A DNA stretch of 59,330 bases from Lacipirellulaceae bacterium (GTDB lineage: Bacteria > Planctomycetota > Planctomycetia > Pirellulales > Lacipirellulaceae), in NCBI GenBank assembly GCA_036499445.1, contig DASYDU010000311.1, forward strand, positions 1 to 59,330. Direction: 5' to 3'. This document shows, piece by piece, positions 8,258 to 18,926 of this stretch. Within the stretch, counting starts at the first letter, position 1. Each line of letters begins with the position of its first letter. Under the pieces are notes generated by a model that was not told the origin of the DNA, did not search any database, and was given only the letters and a program-made list of their open reading frames with translations. Both the position numbers and the translations under genes were made by a program.

Positions 8258-9571
8258 TCAATTGCTAGGTTGCTCCAGGCGCACCAGAAGCCAACGCTGC
8301 GTCGTGCCGTTCTTGTGCATCAGGGCAGAAGCTTCACCTTGCGTGAGGTTATTTAGCCCCGCTTCCATGACCGAATACTTATTGTCGCCGACGGTCCAGG
8401 CCGCGCGCTGTGTCGCCTGATCGACGGCGCCATGAATTGGCAGCGTGGTATCGGTGACTTCGTCCGTGTAATTGCCGCGAAGGATGCCGCGCTCGTTGAC
8501 GGCCAATTGCATGATCAGCTGCGGATGCTGACTCTCGTCGCGCACCAGCGCGAAGACACCGAGTGGCATCCATTGATCGGCGGGCGCCGCCTCGGCATTC
8601 GTCCCCATTTCGGCGATCTCATCGGCCTGTTGGCTGAACTCCTCGGCCGTTCCGGCTTGCTGGCCATTGATGACCACGTTGCCGCCGATGCAGGTAACGT
8701 TGTCGCCATAGTTATAGGAGACGGGCGTGTTGTTGCCGTATCCCATTTGGCCGGCAACGCCCGCCCAAGTGGCGGGCGTCCAGGCGGCGCCGGCGGCCCA
8801 ACCCGTCGGAGCCCAGGCACCCTGATGATCGCCATACCAACCCGCGCCGTACATGCCGGGATGGTCGAAATTGTTCCGGATTGAGGCGTATCCTGCGGCG
8901 GCACCGGCCGCACCCGACATCGCGGGCTGATTCCGATTGGCCATCGCGGCTCCGGCGGCGGCACCCTGAGCGCCCGAGTATTGCGGGTTATTTCGATTCG
9001 CGGCGGCAGCTCCCGCGGCGGCGCCTTGGGCTCCTGAATGCTCCGGCTCATTTCGGTTAGCGGCAGCGGCCCCGGCTGCGGCACCCTGAGCCCCGGAATG
9101 CTCGGGGTCATTCCGATTGGCGGCGGCAGCGCCCGCCGCAGCACCTTGGGCGCCCGAATGTGCTGGGTCATTTTTATTTGCAGCGGCAGCACCGGCGGCG
9201 GCGCCCTGGGCACCCGATGCCTGAGGGTTTTTGTTATTTTCAGCAGCGTGACCGGCGGCCGCGCCCTCGGCGCCCGCGTCTTTGTGCGTGTCGGCCGTCT
9301 GCCCCTTACCCTGATTTCCGGAGGAATTGAAATCGGACCAATTTCCACCCGGCGGCTTCTTGCCGGTCGACTTGTTGGCGTTTGATTTATTCTGATTCGA
9401 CTTGTTCTCGTTCGAGCGGTTTTCGTTCGACTTATTTTCGTTTGATCGTTCGTTGCTCGAATGCTCCTCCTTCGACTTGTCATTGCCTTCTTCACGACGC
9501 TCGGCGTAGGCGAGAGAGACGACGAAACACAGCACGAGAAGCATCATTGATCTGACGAATTGCCGAAACAT
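8258..9571 (-). CDS. Secreted repeat protein (NENKS pentapeptide repeats + 20-aa Ala/Gly repeats) with conserved C-terminal domain (paralog of 3638-5059)
   Basis: Start moved to ATG 9571 (MFRQFVRSMMLLVLCFVVSLAYA signal peptide). Six to seven copies of SGAQGAAAGAAAANRN-P-H. C-terminal WMPLGVFAL...LLVRLE domain aligns with the 3638-5059 product. Confidence 0.75.
   Translation of the reverse strand: MFRQFVRSMMLLVLCFVVSLAYAERREEGNDKSKEEHSSNERSNENKSNENRSNENKSNQNKSNANKSTGKKPPGGNWSDFNSSGNQGKGQTADTHKDAGAEGAAAGHAAENNKNPQASGAQGAAAGAAAANKNDPAHSGAQGAAAGAAAANRNDPEHSGAQGAAAGAAAANRNEPEHSGAQGAAAGAAAANRNNPQYSGAQGAAAGAAMANRNQPAMSGAAGAAAGYASIRNNFDHPGMYGAGWYGDHQGAWAPTGWAAGAAWTPATWAGVAGQMGYGNNTPVSYNYGDNVTCIGGNVVINGQQAGTAEEFSQQADEIAEMGTNAEAAPADQWMPLGVFALVRDESQHPQLIMQLAVNERGILRGNYTDEVTDTTLPIHGAVDQATQRAAWTVGDNKYSVMEAGLNNLTQGEASALMHKNGTTQRWLLVRLEQPSN
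8881..9290 (-). repeat. Coding tandem repeat, 60-nt period, about 6.5 copies (20-aa Ala/Gly-rich unit)
   Basis: The period equals the 60-nt line width of the listing, so lines 8941-9240 stack as cggcggcagc-NcccgcNgcg-gcNccNtggg-cNccNgaatg-ctNNggNtca-ttNcgattNg. Confidence 0.85.
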
Positions 9572-10017
9572 GGTTTTGCTTTCTGTAAGAGTGACCAGGG
9601 CAATATTGAGGAAGAGAATGGATGGTTTTTGGCAAGCGCATCTGACCGCTCCGCGATTTGCACGAGCAAACCATTTACGCGGTCCGCTGATCGCAGAGCA
9701 GCGGCCGAACGCTCGTTCAACGTCGGACAAATGAAATCGCCGCCACGTAGATTGAGCGACTCGTCCGTGGAGATTGATGCGCCACCTTGGAGCGCGACTT
9801 GACTAGCTAGCGACCAGCCGTGGTCATTCAGAACCTGATGCCAAACGCATCATCGCTTTTGTTCCTGGCTTAAATAGACAGTAGCATCTTCTGAAAAGCA
9901 AGTAGTGTCCGCGCAACTAAGCGAGGATTAACTCCATTGGCGATTGATCAAACCAGCCGCCCGAGCGTAAGTTTCCCGAAAATCTATTCCGCCATATTTG
10001 CGTTACTGCGGTGAAGC

Positions 10018-10050
10018 ATAAAAAGCGGGCGGCCCTTGCGAGCCGCCCGC
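10018..10050 (-). terminator. Intrinsic terminator after the distal sulfatase gene
   Basis: On the minus strand, stem GCGGGCGGC / GCCGCCCGC (9 bp), 8-nt loop, then TTTTTAT. It begins 16 nt after the stop at 10067. Confidence 0.7.
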
Positions 10051-10066
10051 CATGAAATTCAGCCGA

Positions 10067-11755
<1,689 letters not shown>

Positions 11756-11784
11756 AACACTTTCCTTCGGGTTGAGGGTAAATT

Positions 11785-11812
11785 GGCGGGCGGCCCTTTC
11801 GGACCTCCCGCC
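11785..11812 (-). other. Inter-sulfatase GC-rich hairpin (GAAA loop); possible attenuator or mRNA-stabilising element
   Basis: Minus strand GGCGGGAGGTCC-GAAA-GGGCCGCCCGCC: 12-bp stem with 2 mismatches and only a weak AATTTA tail. Shares GCGGGCGGCCC with the terminator at 10018-10050. Confidence 0.35.
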
Positions 11813-11840
11813 GGTCAATAATTCGTGCCGGTATCCTCGA

Positions 11841-13562
11841 TCATTCGCTCGGGTGGTGAGAATGCATTTCGCGCACCTGATCCAGGACCTGCTGGAGGTT
11901 GTAGCTCGCCGCCAGCTGGAGCGGCGGGTAGTCGACGTAGGACATGAGCTCCTTCTCCCATAGCAGCTGGCCGATGGGCAGGAGGTTCCAATCATAAACA
12001 TACGCGGTGCTGGGGGACGCCAGCGCGCCGCCGGACGACAGCGCGCCCTTCTGTTCTTCCCCGACGTTATTCTCGAACGGATCACGTTTTATGTTCTGGA
12101 GCTGCGTCCAATGGTATGTCACCGCCGGCTGAAGTGCATCAAGTCCGGTCGAGCCCATCATGGTGTAGTAGAACTTCCAGTTCTTGTAGCGCACCGCCGA
12201 AGGCAGTCGCCCCTGGTAATAGAAGAAGGTATCGCGATTGCTCTCTGACTTACCTTGAAGGTAGGAGAGCTGGTTGGTGCCATCGAGCTTGGTCTTGACG
12301 ATGCCCTCGTACTTGCCCTCCATGATCTGCTTGTTCAAATCATTCCCCGTGGGGCCGCCGGCGATTTCCACGAAGGTCGGCAACCAGTCCAGCGAGGAGA
12401 ACATATCTTTGAAGATTGTTCCCGGCTTGATGACGCCTGGCCAGCGGATGACGCACGGTGCGCGCATGCCGCCTTCCCAGGTCGACAGCTTCCCGGCTTT
12501 GAACGGCGTGACGCCGCCGTCGGGGAAGGTTTGAACCTCCGCGCCGTTGTCGGTGGTGAAGACGACGATCGTGTTGTCGAGCTGGCCCATGTCCTCGAGC
12601 TTCTTGAGCACCACGCCGATGTTGTCATCCATCTGCTTCATTCCGGCTTCGTTGATGCCCCAGTCCTTCCCACCCTCGGTGCCCATCATGTCCAGATACT
12701 TCTGCGACAGGACGGTCGTGATGTGCATGCGGGCCGGGTTGTACCAGCAGAAGAACGGCTTATTGGTCTTCTTGGGGTCGTTGCGATCGAGCCAATCCAC
12801 GACGTGTCCGGAGATTTCCTCATCTACGGTCTTGGAGCGCTCCAGCGTGAGCGGGCCTTCGTCCTTGCCCGTCTGATTCTTCGCCGTGCCGTCGGAGGAT
12901 TTCATCCACAGGACCGGCCGCGGCTGAGCCATGCAGGTTCCATCCTTGGGATCGATCTCGCCCGGCGGTTCTGGAATGCCAGGGATCGGGACCATCTTCA
13001 TCGGCGGCACGACGGCTTGCTTGTCTGGGCTGCTATTGATATCTGGAAAACTCACCTGCTGCATCGCATCCAAGTGATAGAGGTAGCCCCAGAATTCCTG
13101 GAAGCCGTGCGCAGTCGGCAGCGAATCGGGATGGTCGCCCAGATGGTTCTTGCCGAACTCGCCGGTCGTGTAACCGAGATTGAGCAGGAACTGGGCAAGG
13201 CACGGTGTGCCGGGGCGAAGATACGAAATCGCGCCCGGCAACTGCGGCAAGACCATGCCCGCTCGGTACGGGTGCATTCCGGTGATGAACGCGCAACGGC
13301 CGGCCGTGCAACTGGACTCGGCGTAATACGTCATGAACAACCCGCCCTCGGCGGCGATGCGATCGATATTGGGCGTTTCACCCACCATCAGGCCGCGGTG
13401 GTAGCAACTCGGCTGCATCCAGCCGATGTCGTCGCCCATGATGAAGAGAATATTGGGTTTCTTGTCCGCTGCTTGGGCCGTGATTGCGGTGCCCGCGAGT
13501 GCTACCGCGAAGGCGAGCGCGACGAGGCCGCAATGCACTTGCGTGTATTTTCCGTGACGCAT
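11841..13562 (-). CDS. Arylsulfatase (formylglycine-dependent, S1 family), tandem paralog
   Basis: 573 aa. Signal peptide ...LAFAVALAGTAITAQA, PNILFIMGDDIGW, SSCTAGRCAFITG. Collinear similarity to the 10067-11755 product. Confidence 0.9.
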   Translation of the reverse strand: MRHGKYTQVHCGLVALAFAVALAGTAITAQAADKKPNILFIMGDDIGWMQPSCYHRGLMVGETPNIDRIAAEGGLFMTYYAESSCTAGRCAFITGMHPYRAGMVLPQLPGAISYLRPGTPCLAQFLLNLGYTTGEFGKNHLGDHPDSLPTAHGFQEFWGYLYHLDAMQQVSFPDINSSPDKQAVVPPMKMVPIPGIPEPPGEIDPKDGTCMAQPRPVLWMKSSDGTAKNQTGKDEGPLTLERSKTVDEEISGHVVDWLDRNDPKKTNKPFFCWYNPARMHITTVLSQKYLDMMGTEGGKDWGINEAGMKQMDDNIGVVLKKLEDMGQLDNTIVVFTTDNGAEVQTFPDGGVTPFKAGKLSTWEGGMRAPCVIRWPGVIKPGTIFKDMFSSLDWLPTFVEIAGGPTGNDLNKQIMEGKYEGIVKTKLDGTNQLSYLQGKSESNRDTFFYYQGRLPSAVRYKNWKFYYTMMGSTGLDALQPAVTYHWTQLQNIKRDPFENNVGEEQKGALSSGGALASPSTAYVYDWNLLPIGQLLWEKELMSYVDYPPLQLAASYNLQQVLDQVREMHSHHPSE

Positions 13563-13717
13563 AGGGTGTGCCCTTTCGACTAATGATTTGTTGAATCCAC
13601 TCCTTCGTTGGTCGCGCAGTCGGCAGCCTCGTTCCGTTGCCGAGCGACACCTCAGTTGCGAGTCGTCTTCATTTCACCTCCTTTAACACTTCACCGCTAA
13701 CACTGCGAACGCCACGA

Positions 13718-14074
13718 TTACTCCGCGAGCCACGCCTGAGCCTCGTCGAGCTGCGCGGCGTCGAAGTACTTGATCTTGGCCATGGTGAACGGCCTACAGA
13801 CCTTGGCCATCCACACTTCCCATTTCTTTTCGCCAACGAGTGCGATTCGCTCGATCTTCGTGCAATGCGTCGTCGAGAACTTGATGTCGTCCCAGAGGGC
13901 GTGGGCGTCCCAGCCGTGGAAATCGTGGAACTGGGCCAGGATGCGAACTTTGCCCCCCTTCGCAACCGCTTCATCCACCAGCGGCACGAATTTCTTGTAG
14001 TCCTCGTCGTGCAGCTTGCCGGACATTTTGAAGCCGAGGGCTTTTTCCGGCATACCGGAAAGTGGTTCGATCAT
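13718..14074 (-). CDS. STAS/SpoIIAA-like protein (DUF3478-type)
   Basis: Start moved to ATG 14074, with GGAGGA 7 nt upstream. MIEPLSGMPEKALGFKMSGKLHDEDYKKFVPLVDEAV...ERIALVGEKKWE fits the SpoIIAA-like family as I recall it. Confidence 0.75.
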   Translation of the reverse strand: MIEPLSGMPEKALGFKMSGKLHDEDYKKFVPLVDEAVAKGGKVRILAQFHDFHGWDAHALWDDIKFSTTHCTKIERIALVGEKKWEVWMAKVCRPFTMAKIKYFDAAQLDEAQAWLAE

Positions 14075-14120
14075 GATGGTATCCTCCAGTGACAAAACTC
14101 GGTCGAGCGACCATCGCCGC

Positions 14121-15614
14121 TCATTGCGCCTGCATGTTGTCCGATCCCTCGGTCTTCACGACCGGCGGCGGATTCCATTTGCCAGTGAGCACGTCGGACT
14201 TCGGGGCGTAGAGCCGCATGCATAAATTGAACGGACCTTTCGGCGCCGGCAGCCAATTCGCTTCCTTGTCTTTGCCGGGGCTCTCATTTTGGAAGTAAAG
14301 ATCGAGCGAGCCGTCGGTGTTTGTCGCAAATGGCATCCAGCTGCTCACCGCGAACCGATCGAGCGAATTTGCGACTTGAAAGCCGTCGGAATCGTAGAGC
14401 GTGATCGACCAGAATGCACTCACCGGCGGCGTGGCGCCTTTGTCGAAATGGATCATGTATTTGCTCGCGCCGTCGAGCGGGCGACCCGATTCATCACCAA
14501 GGTTCAGCGGATAGACTGCGTCGGCGGGCAGATTGGCACCCAGCCCGATCTGCGTGACCATCGCCCGCTTGAGATAGTAGTTGCCGTAAACGCCCATCGT
14601 ATCGGTGTTCATTGACCAGTAGTTGGCAACGCGGGTAAGCGTGGGAATCTTCCACTTCATGAGCGCCTGGGCCTCGTTGGGCGCGGCTTCGAATCCCTTC
14701 TTGGCGGCCGGGTCGAGCTTGGCGAAGTCCAGACTCTCTCCGGCGACCAAGCCCATCCGCTTAAGCTGCACAATGATCGGCACGTCCGTGACGTGAGGCG
14801 GGGCAGTCTTGAGTAGCTCGGCGGCGTAGGTGAAATATTTGTCCGCCGGCATGTTGTCGACTTGCAGCTTGGGCGGCGTTTTCATGTCGACCGAGGAATC
14901 GATTTTGGCTTTCGGCGTCTCGGGCGGCTTACCCCAAAGCGAGACCGGCCTGACTTTGAAGCCGGCCTGAATCTTACGGACCGCGTCGTAGTCTTTCGGG
15001 CCGTCGGTCTTGGTGCGTCCGATGATCCAGACGTACGAAGTTGGCGCACTAATGATTTGGGTTTCCGCCGGCAGATTATGATCGGCGATCAGTTTCTCTC
15101 GGGCGACCTCTGGCTTCCATCTTTGCGGAACCACGAGAAAATCGGCGGCCTGGGTGCCGGTGGTCCGCCAGCCGGGCGACGCGAACACGTCCGACCACAT
15201 GTCGAGCATCGGGAGTAGATAATAACGGCCCGCCGTGTCGGGCACGGAGACGACGACGGGCTCCTCTGTCATGTCTAGCCAAGCGACTGAATAGAGCGTG
15301 TCGAAATTCGGCCGGACGACGCCTCTAAATTCGGCCGGTGGATAAATGGGCACGTTGGCGAACGTGTTCATCGGTCCTTTGCCAAACTCTTTTCCCGCCT
15401 CAACGTTTGTAAATTGTTTCCGCGTGAGGTCCATCGTCACCAGCGGATAGAAGTAGAGATAGGCGTCGACGGCGATGGCGTGGGCGTCGGCTTCGCTAAG
15501 GCCTTCGGCATAAGTCATCGATGGCGGGACGGCACACGCCAGAAGCGTGAAGAGGCCAGCGCTAAGCGCGGCTCGCGCAGCTCGCCTAGAATCGTTAGAG
15601 ATTACACGTCGCAT
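14121..15614 (-). CDS. Secreted DUF1254 + DUF1214 domain protein
   Basis: Start moved to ATG 15614 (MRRVISNDSRRAARAALSAGLFTLLACAV...). DUF1254-like YFYPLVTMDLTR...PNFDTLYSVAWLDM...GRYYLLPMLDMWSDVF. DUF1214-like C-terminus with FWSITLYD. Confidence 0.8.
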   Translation of the reverse strand: MRRVISNDSRRAARAALSAGLFTLLACAVPPSMTYAEGLSEADAHAIAVDAYLYFYPLVTMDLTRKQFTNVEAGKEFGKGPMNTFANVPIYPPAEFRGVVRPNFDTLYSVAWLDMTEEPVVVSVPDTAGRYYLLPMLDMWSDVFASPGWRTTGTQAADFLVVPQRWKPEVAREKLIADHNLPAETQIISAPTSYVWIIGRTKTDGPKDYDAVRKIQAGFKVRPVSLWGKPPETPKAKIDSSVDMKTPPKLQVDNMPADKYFTYAAELLKTAPPHVTDVPIIVQLKRMGLVAGESLDFAKLDPAAKKGFEAAPNEAQALMKWKIPTLTRVANYWSMNTDTMGVYGNYYLKRAMVTQIGLGANLPADAVYPLNLGDESGRPLDGASKYMIHFDKGATPPVSAFWSITLYDSDGFQVANSLDRFAVSSWMPFATNTDGSLDLYFQNESPGKDKEANWLPAPKGPFNLCMRLYAPKSDVLTGKWNPPPVVKTEGSDNMQAQ

Positions 15615-16096
15615 GCGGCATCTCTTTATAGCAATTGCGCAATATGGATCGCCCCAAGTCGTCGCCGAGTACCGCAATGGCAACCCCGAAATCGGTTGGA
15701 GTTCACCTAACTGCACTGGTGACTCGCTGGACGCTGGCTCAATCGACAACGCGAGCTAGACTGGCCGCGTTACGAATTGTTCCGTTCGGTCTGTCCGTGC
15801 CCAGAGATAGCGCGATGAGACGTTCCGATCGACTCATGCCCTTGCGCGGAGCGATGTGGTCTTCGCTCGGACGGCCTCAATATAGGCTTGGGATGGAGTT
15901 TTGCAAGTGACGAGGCGCGTACGAGAAAAAAATATGCACCAGCGTGGCGCGGCAAGACTAGATTCGGTCCGGCTGGCGATTCTCTCAATCTTCACAAGAG
16001 CATCGATAGCAGCGACATGCCAACAAGTTCCCCGGCTAAATTGGGGGGGGTCGGCAATGAATTAAGCGTGGCTCACCGTGACCCGATCGCCGGCGC

Positions 16097-16996
16097 TTAA
16101 CTTTCGGCTTCGCCCTCAAGCTCGGCCTTGGCTTGCGCTAGAGCGGCGCGGTCCTTCTCGCTCACTTCGGGATATTTGAGGTCCAGCTCTGCGATGCGGC
16201 TCGTGATGATGTCGGCGACACAGGCACGGGTAAACCATTTCTTGTCGGCCGGGATCACGTACCACGGGGCCGTCTTCGTGCTCGTGGCATTGAGCATGTC
16301 TTCGTAGGCCGTCTGGTACTCGTCCCAATGAGCTCGCTCGCGAAGATCTGCGGCCGAGAACTTCCAGTTCTTCTCAGATTTGTTGAGGCGGTCGAGGAAT
16401 CGCCTCCGCTGCTCCTTCTTGGAGACGTTAAGAAAGAACTTGATGGTGCACGTGTTATTGTGGTGACCGATTTCTTCGAAGGCGTTGATGTCGTCGTAAC
16501 GCGAACGCCAGACGTGCTTGAGCTCCTTGCCGTGCAGCTCGTGTGGCAACCATTGCTGCTCGAGAAACTCGGGATGCACGCGGACCACGAGCACTTCCTC
16601 GTAGTAGGAGCGATTGAAGATGGCAATCTGGCCGCGGGCCGGGGCGACGCGCATCGGCCGCCAGAGGAAATGGTGGAGCCGTTCTTCTTCCGTCGGCGCC
16701 TTGAAACTATAGACAATGACTCCCTGCGGATTGACGCCGGACATGACGTGCTTGATCGTGCCGTCTTTGCCGGCGGCGTCGAGGGCCTGAAAAATGAGGA
16801 TCACCGAGTACTGCTTGCTGGCCCAGAGCAAATCCTGGGCGGCAACCAGCCCGGAAACGTCTTGCAAGAGCGCATCTTGCGCCTCGGCCTTATCCTTGAA
16901 ACCGGACGTAAACCCGGGTTCATAATTCTTGAGGCGGATCGGCTTGCCGGGGGGCACGATGAACGGAGTGTGATCGAGGCGATGTGTCTTGGCCAT
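16097..16996 (-). CDS. ppk2: Polyphosphate kinase 2 family (polyphosphate:nucleotide phosphotransferase)
   Basis: 299 aa. ILIFQALDAAGKDGTIKHVMSGVNPQG (Walker A-like), FLWRPMRVAPARGQIAIFNRSYYEEVLVVRVH, and the lid region. Confidence 0.9.
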   Translation of the reverse strand: MAKTHRLDHTPFIVPPGKPIRLKNYEPGFTSGFKDKAEAQDALLQDVSGLVAAQDLLWASKQYSVILIFQALDAAGKDGTIKHVMSGVNPQGVIVYSFKAPTEEERLHHFLWRPMRVAPARGQIAIFNRSYYEEVLVVRVHPEFLEQQWLPHELHGKELKHVWRSRYDDINAFEEIGHHNNTCTIKFFLNVSKKEQRRRFLDRLNKSEKNWKFSAADLRERAHWDEYQTAYEDMLNATSTKTAPWYVIPADKKWFTRACVADIITSRIAELDLKYPEVSEKDRAALAQAKAELEGEAES

Positions 16997-17282
16997 GATG
17001 AGAGTCCTCGGTGCAAGTGCGTGACCAGGGCGCGGGACGCTGGCGTTATAACCGGTAAAGTCACTCTATCTTACACGGTACGCCAGGCACAGTCATCAAA
17101 CTCGGCGTCCGAGCGACTGCCTGCAACGATTCTGCCGATTCTTATAGTGGATTCGGCAATGCGGGGCGTGTCGATAATGCCTTTGCGGAGGGCTAAGGTC
17201 GGCGCTCGTTGGTCGACCCTCCGCGCTTCCGGCGGTCCAAGGGATTGGGCCGCCCGAGTTCCGGGCTTATGGGCCAGGCAGC

Positions 17283-18896
17283 ATGATGCGAAGCAACAAA
17301 TTTCAATTGGCTTGGGTTTGGTTGGCGCTGGGGATTGCCGCGTCAAGCGGCTGCACGTCCGTCCGCCAATACTTTCATAATGGCTGCAAGGTCGGGCCAA
17401 ACTATTGCCGCCCCGCCACGCCGGTGGCCGACAACTGGATCGAAGCCAACGACAAGCGGGTCCAGACCGACCACAACGACCTGCACAACTGGTGGTCGGT
17501 GTTTCACGATCCGACGCTCGATGCGCTGATCCAGAACGCGTCGCAGCAGAATCTGACCGTGCGGCAAGCGGGCTTTCGCGTGCTCCAGGCGCGGGCCGCC
17601 CGAGGGATCGCCGTGGGCAATATGTTCCCACAGCAGCAGGACGCCTTTGGATCGTACACCCGGAATGCCATCAGCGCGGCGACGGCCAATTCGCAGCCCG
17701 GCGGGCAGCGGTTCTTCGATCAATGGGACACAGGCTTCAATCTGTCGTGGGAACTGGATTTCTGGGGCCGATACCGCCGCGCGGTCGAGGCGGCCGACGC
17801 CGACCTCAATGCCTCGATTGAAAACTATGACGAAGTGCTGATCACATTCCTCGCCGACGTGGCCTCGACCTATATCGAAATTCGCACGATTCAAGAACGG
17901 ATCGTGCTCACGCAGCAGAACGTCAAGTTGCAGCAAGAGACGCTGAACGTCGTCGACGCGCGGTTCCGCGGCGGCCAAGTGAGCGAGTTCGACTATGACC
18001 AGGCGGCGAGCACACTCGCCCAGACCCAAGCCCTCATCCCACAATTCCAGTTACAGCTTCGCCAGGCGATGGATCGGCTCTGCGTGCTCTTGGCGATGCC
18101 ACCCAGAGACTTGGAAACGATGATTGGCCAGGCGCCGATTCCCACGGCCCCGCCGGCTGTGGCGATCGGCATTCCGGCCGACTTATTGCGTCAGCGGCCC
18201 GACGTGCGATCGGCCGAGCGGCAGGTCGCGGCGCAAAGCGCTCGCGTGGGCGTGGCCGAGTCGGATTTGTATCCCCACATCGCGATCAATGGGACCATCG
18301 GCTACTCGGCCGAACAGTTTAGCGACTTGTTCACGAGCCAGGCGTTTATGGGGCAAGTTGGGCCATCGTTCCAGTGGAACATTCTCAACTACGGCCGATT
18401 GCTCAACAACATTCGCCTGCAGGATGCACACCTGGCCGAGCTGATCGTGGCCTATCAGCAGAGCGTGCTCCAGGCGAATTCGGAAGTTGAGGACGGGGTC
18501 GCGCGGTTCTTGCAATCACAAGAGCGGGCCAAAGACCTGGCAGTCAGCGTCGATGCGGCCAACAAAGCGTATATAATCGGCGCCTCGCAATACCGCGGCG
18601 GCACGATTGACTTCACGCGGCTGGTATTGGTCGAGCAAAACCTCGTGCAGCAACAGGACCAATATGCCCAGGCTCAGGGCGAGATAGCACAAGGATTGGT
18701 CGACACCTATCGGGCGCTCGGCGGAGGTTGGGACATTCGGCTTGAGCGGCTGCCGGTCGTCGAGTCGATTCCGCTGCCGTCGGCGAACCCCAATGCACCA
18801 CAGCAGCCGCCGATGGAATCTATGCCGGTTCCGTCCGAGTTGGGGCAGCCAACGCCGCCCGCGATCCCGCCACAACCGTTGCCGACCAACCCCTAG
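17283..18896 (+). CDS. RND efflux outer-membrane factor lipoprotein (NodT/OprM family) with Pro-rich C-terminal tail
   Basis: 537 aa. Lipobox LALGIAASSGC. Two OEP repeats (FDQWDTGFNLSWELDFWGRYRR; GPSFQWNILNYGRL). About 50-aa Pro-rich extension at the C-terminus. Confidence 0.85.
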   Translation: MMRSNKFQLAWVWLALGIAASSGCTSVRQYFHNGCKVGPNYCRPATPVADNWIEANDKRVQTDHNDLHNWWSVFHDPTLDALIQNASQQNLTVRQAGFRVLQARAARGIAVGNMFPQQQDAFGSYTRNAISAATANSQPGGQRFFDQWDTGFNLSWELDFWGRYRRAVEAADADLNASIENYDEVLITFLADVASTYIEIRTIQERIVLTQQNVKLQQETLNVVDARFRGGQVSEFDYDQAASTLAQTQALIPQFQLQLRQAMDRLCVLLAMPPRDLETMIGQAPIPTAPPAVAIGIPADLLRQRPDVRSAERQVAAQSARVGVAESDLYPHIAINGTIGYSAEQFSDLFTSQAFMGQVGPSFQWNILNYGRLLNNIRLQDAHLAELIVAYQQSVLQANSEVEDGVARFLQSQERAKDLAVSVDAANKAYIIGASQYRGGTIDFTRLVLVEQNLVQQQDQYAQAQGEIAQGLVDTYRALGGGWDIRLERLPVVESIPLPSANPNAPQQPPMESMPVPSELGQPTPPAIPPQPLPTNP

Positions 18897-18926
18897 TTGA
18901 AATGAACTGCCCGATGCGGCAGACAA

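Noticed and set aside
8881-9290. Regular 60-nt periodicity that might be mistaken for a CRISPR array
   Set aside because: The units are contiguous with no spacers. They lie inside an ORF with a signal peptide and translate into a conserved 20-aa peptide repeat.
12255-13583. 442-aa plus-strand ORF
   Set aside because: It is antisense to the sulfatase gene (11841-13562), which has an unambiguous signal peptide and CTAGR motif. The product is Arg/Ala/Gly-rich with no domain features.
13675-13684. Plus-strand TCACCTCCTT, identical to the 3' tail of 16S rRNA
   Set aside because: It is an isolated 10-mer with no surrounding rRNA sequence. It is simply the complement of the strong Shine-Dalgarno on the minus strand.
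16328-17380. 350-aa plus-strand ORF
   Set aside because: It is mostly antisense to the PPK2 gene and runs into the OMF gene start. It has no motifs, which is typical of shadow ORFs.
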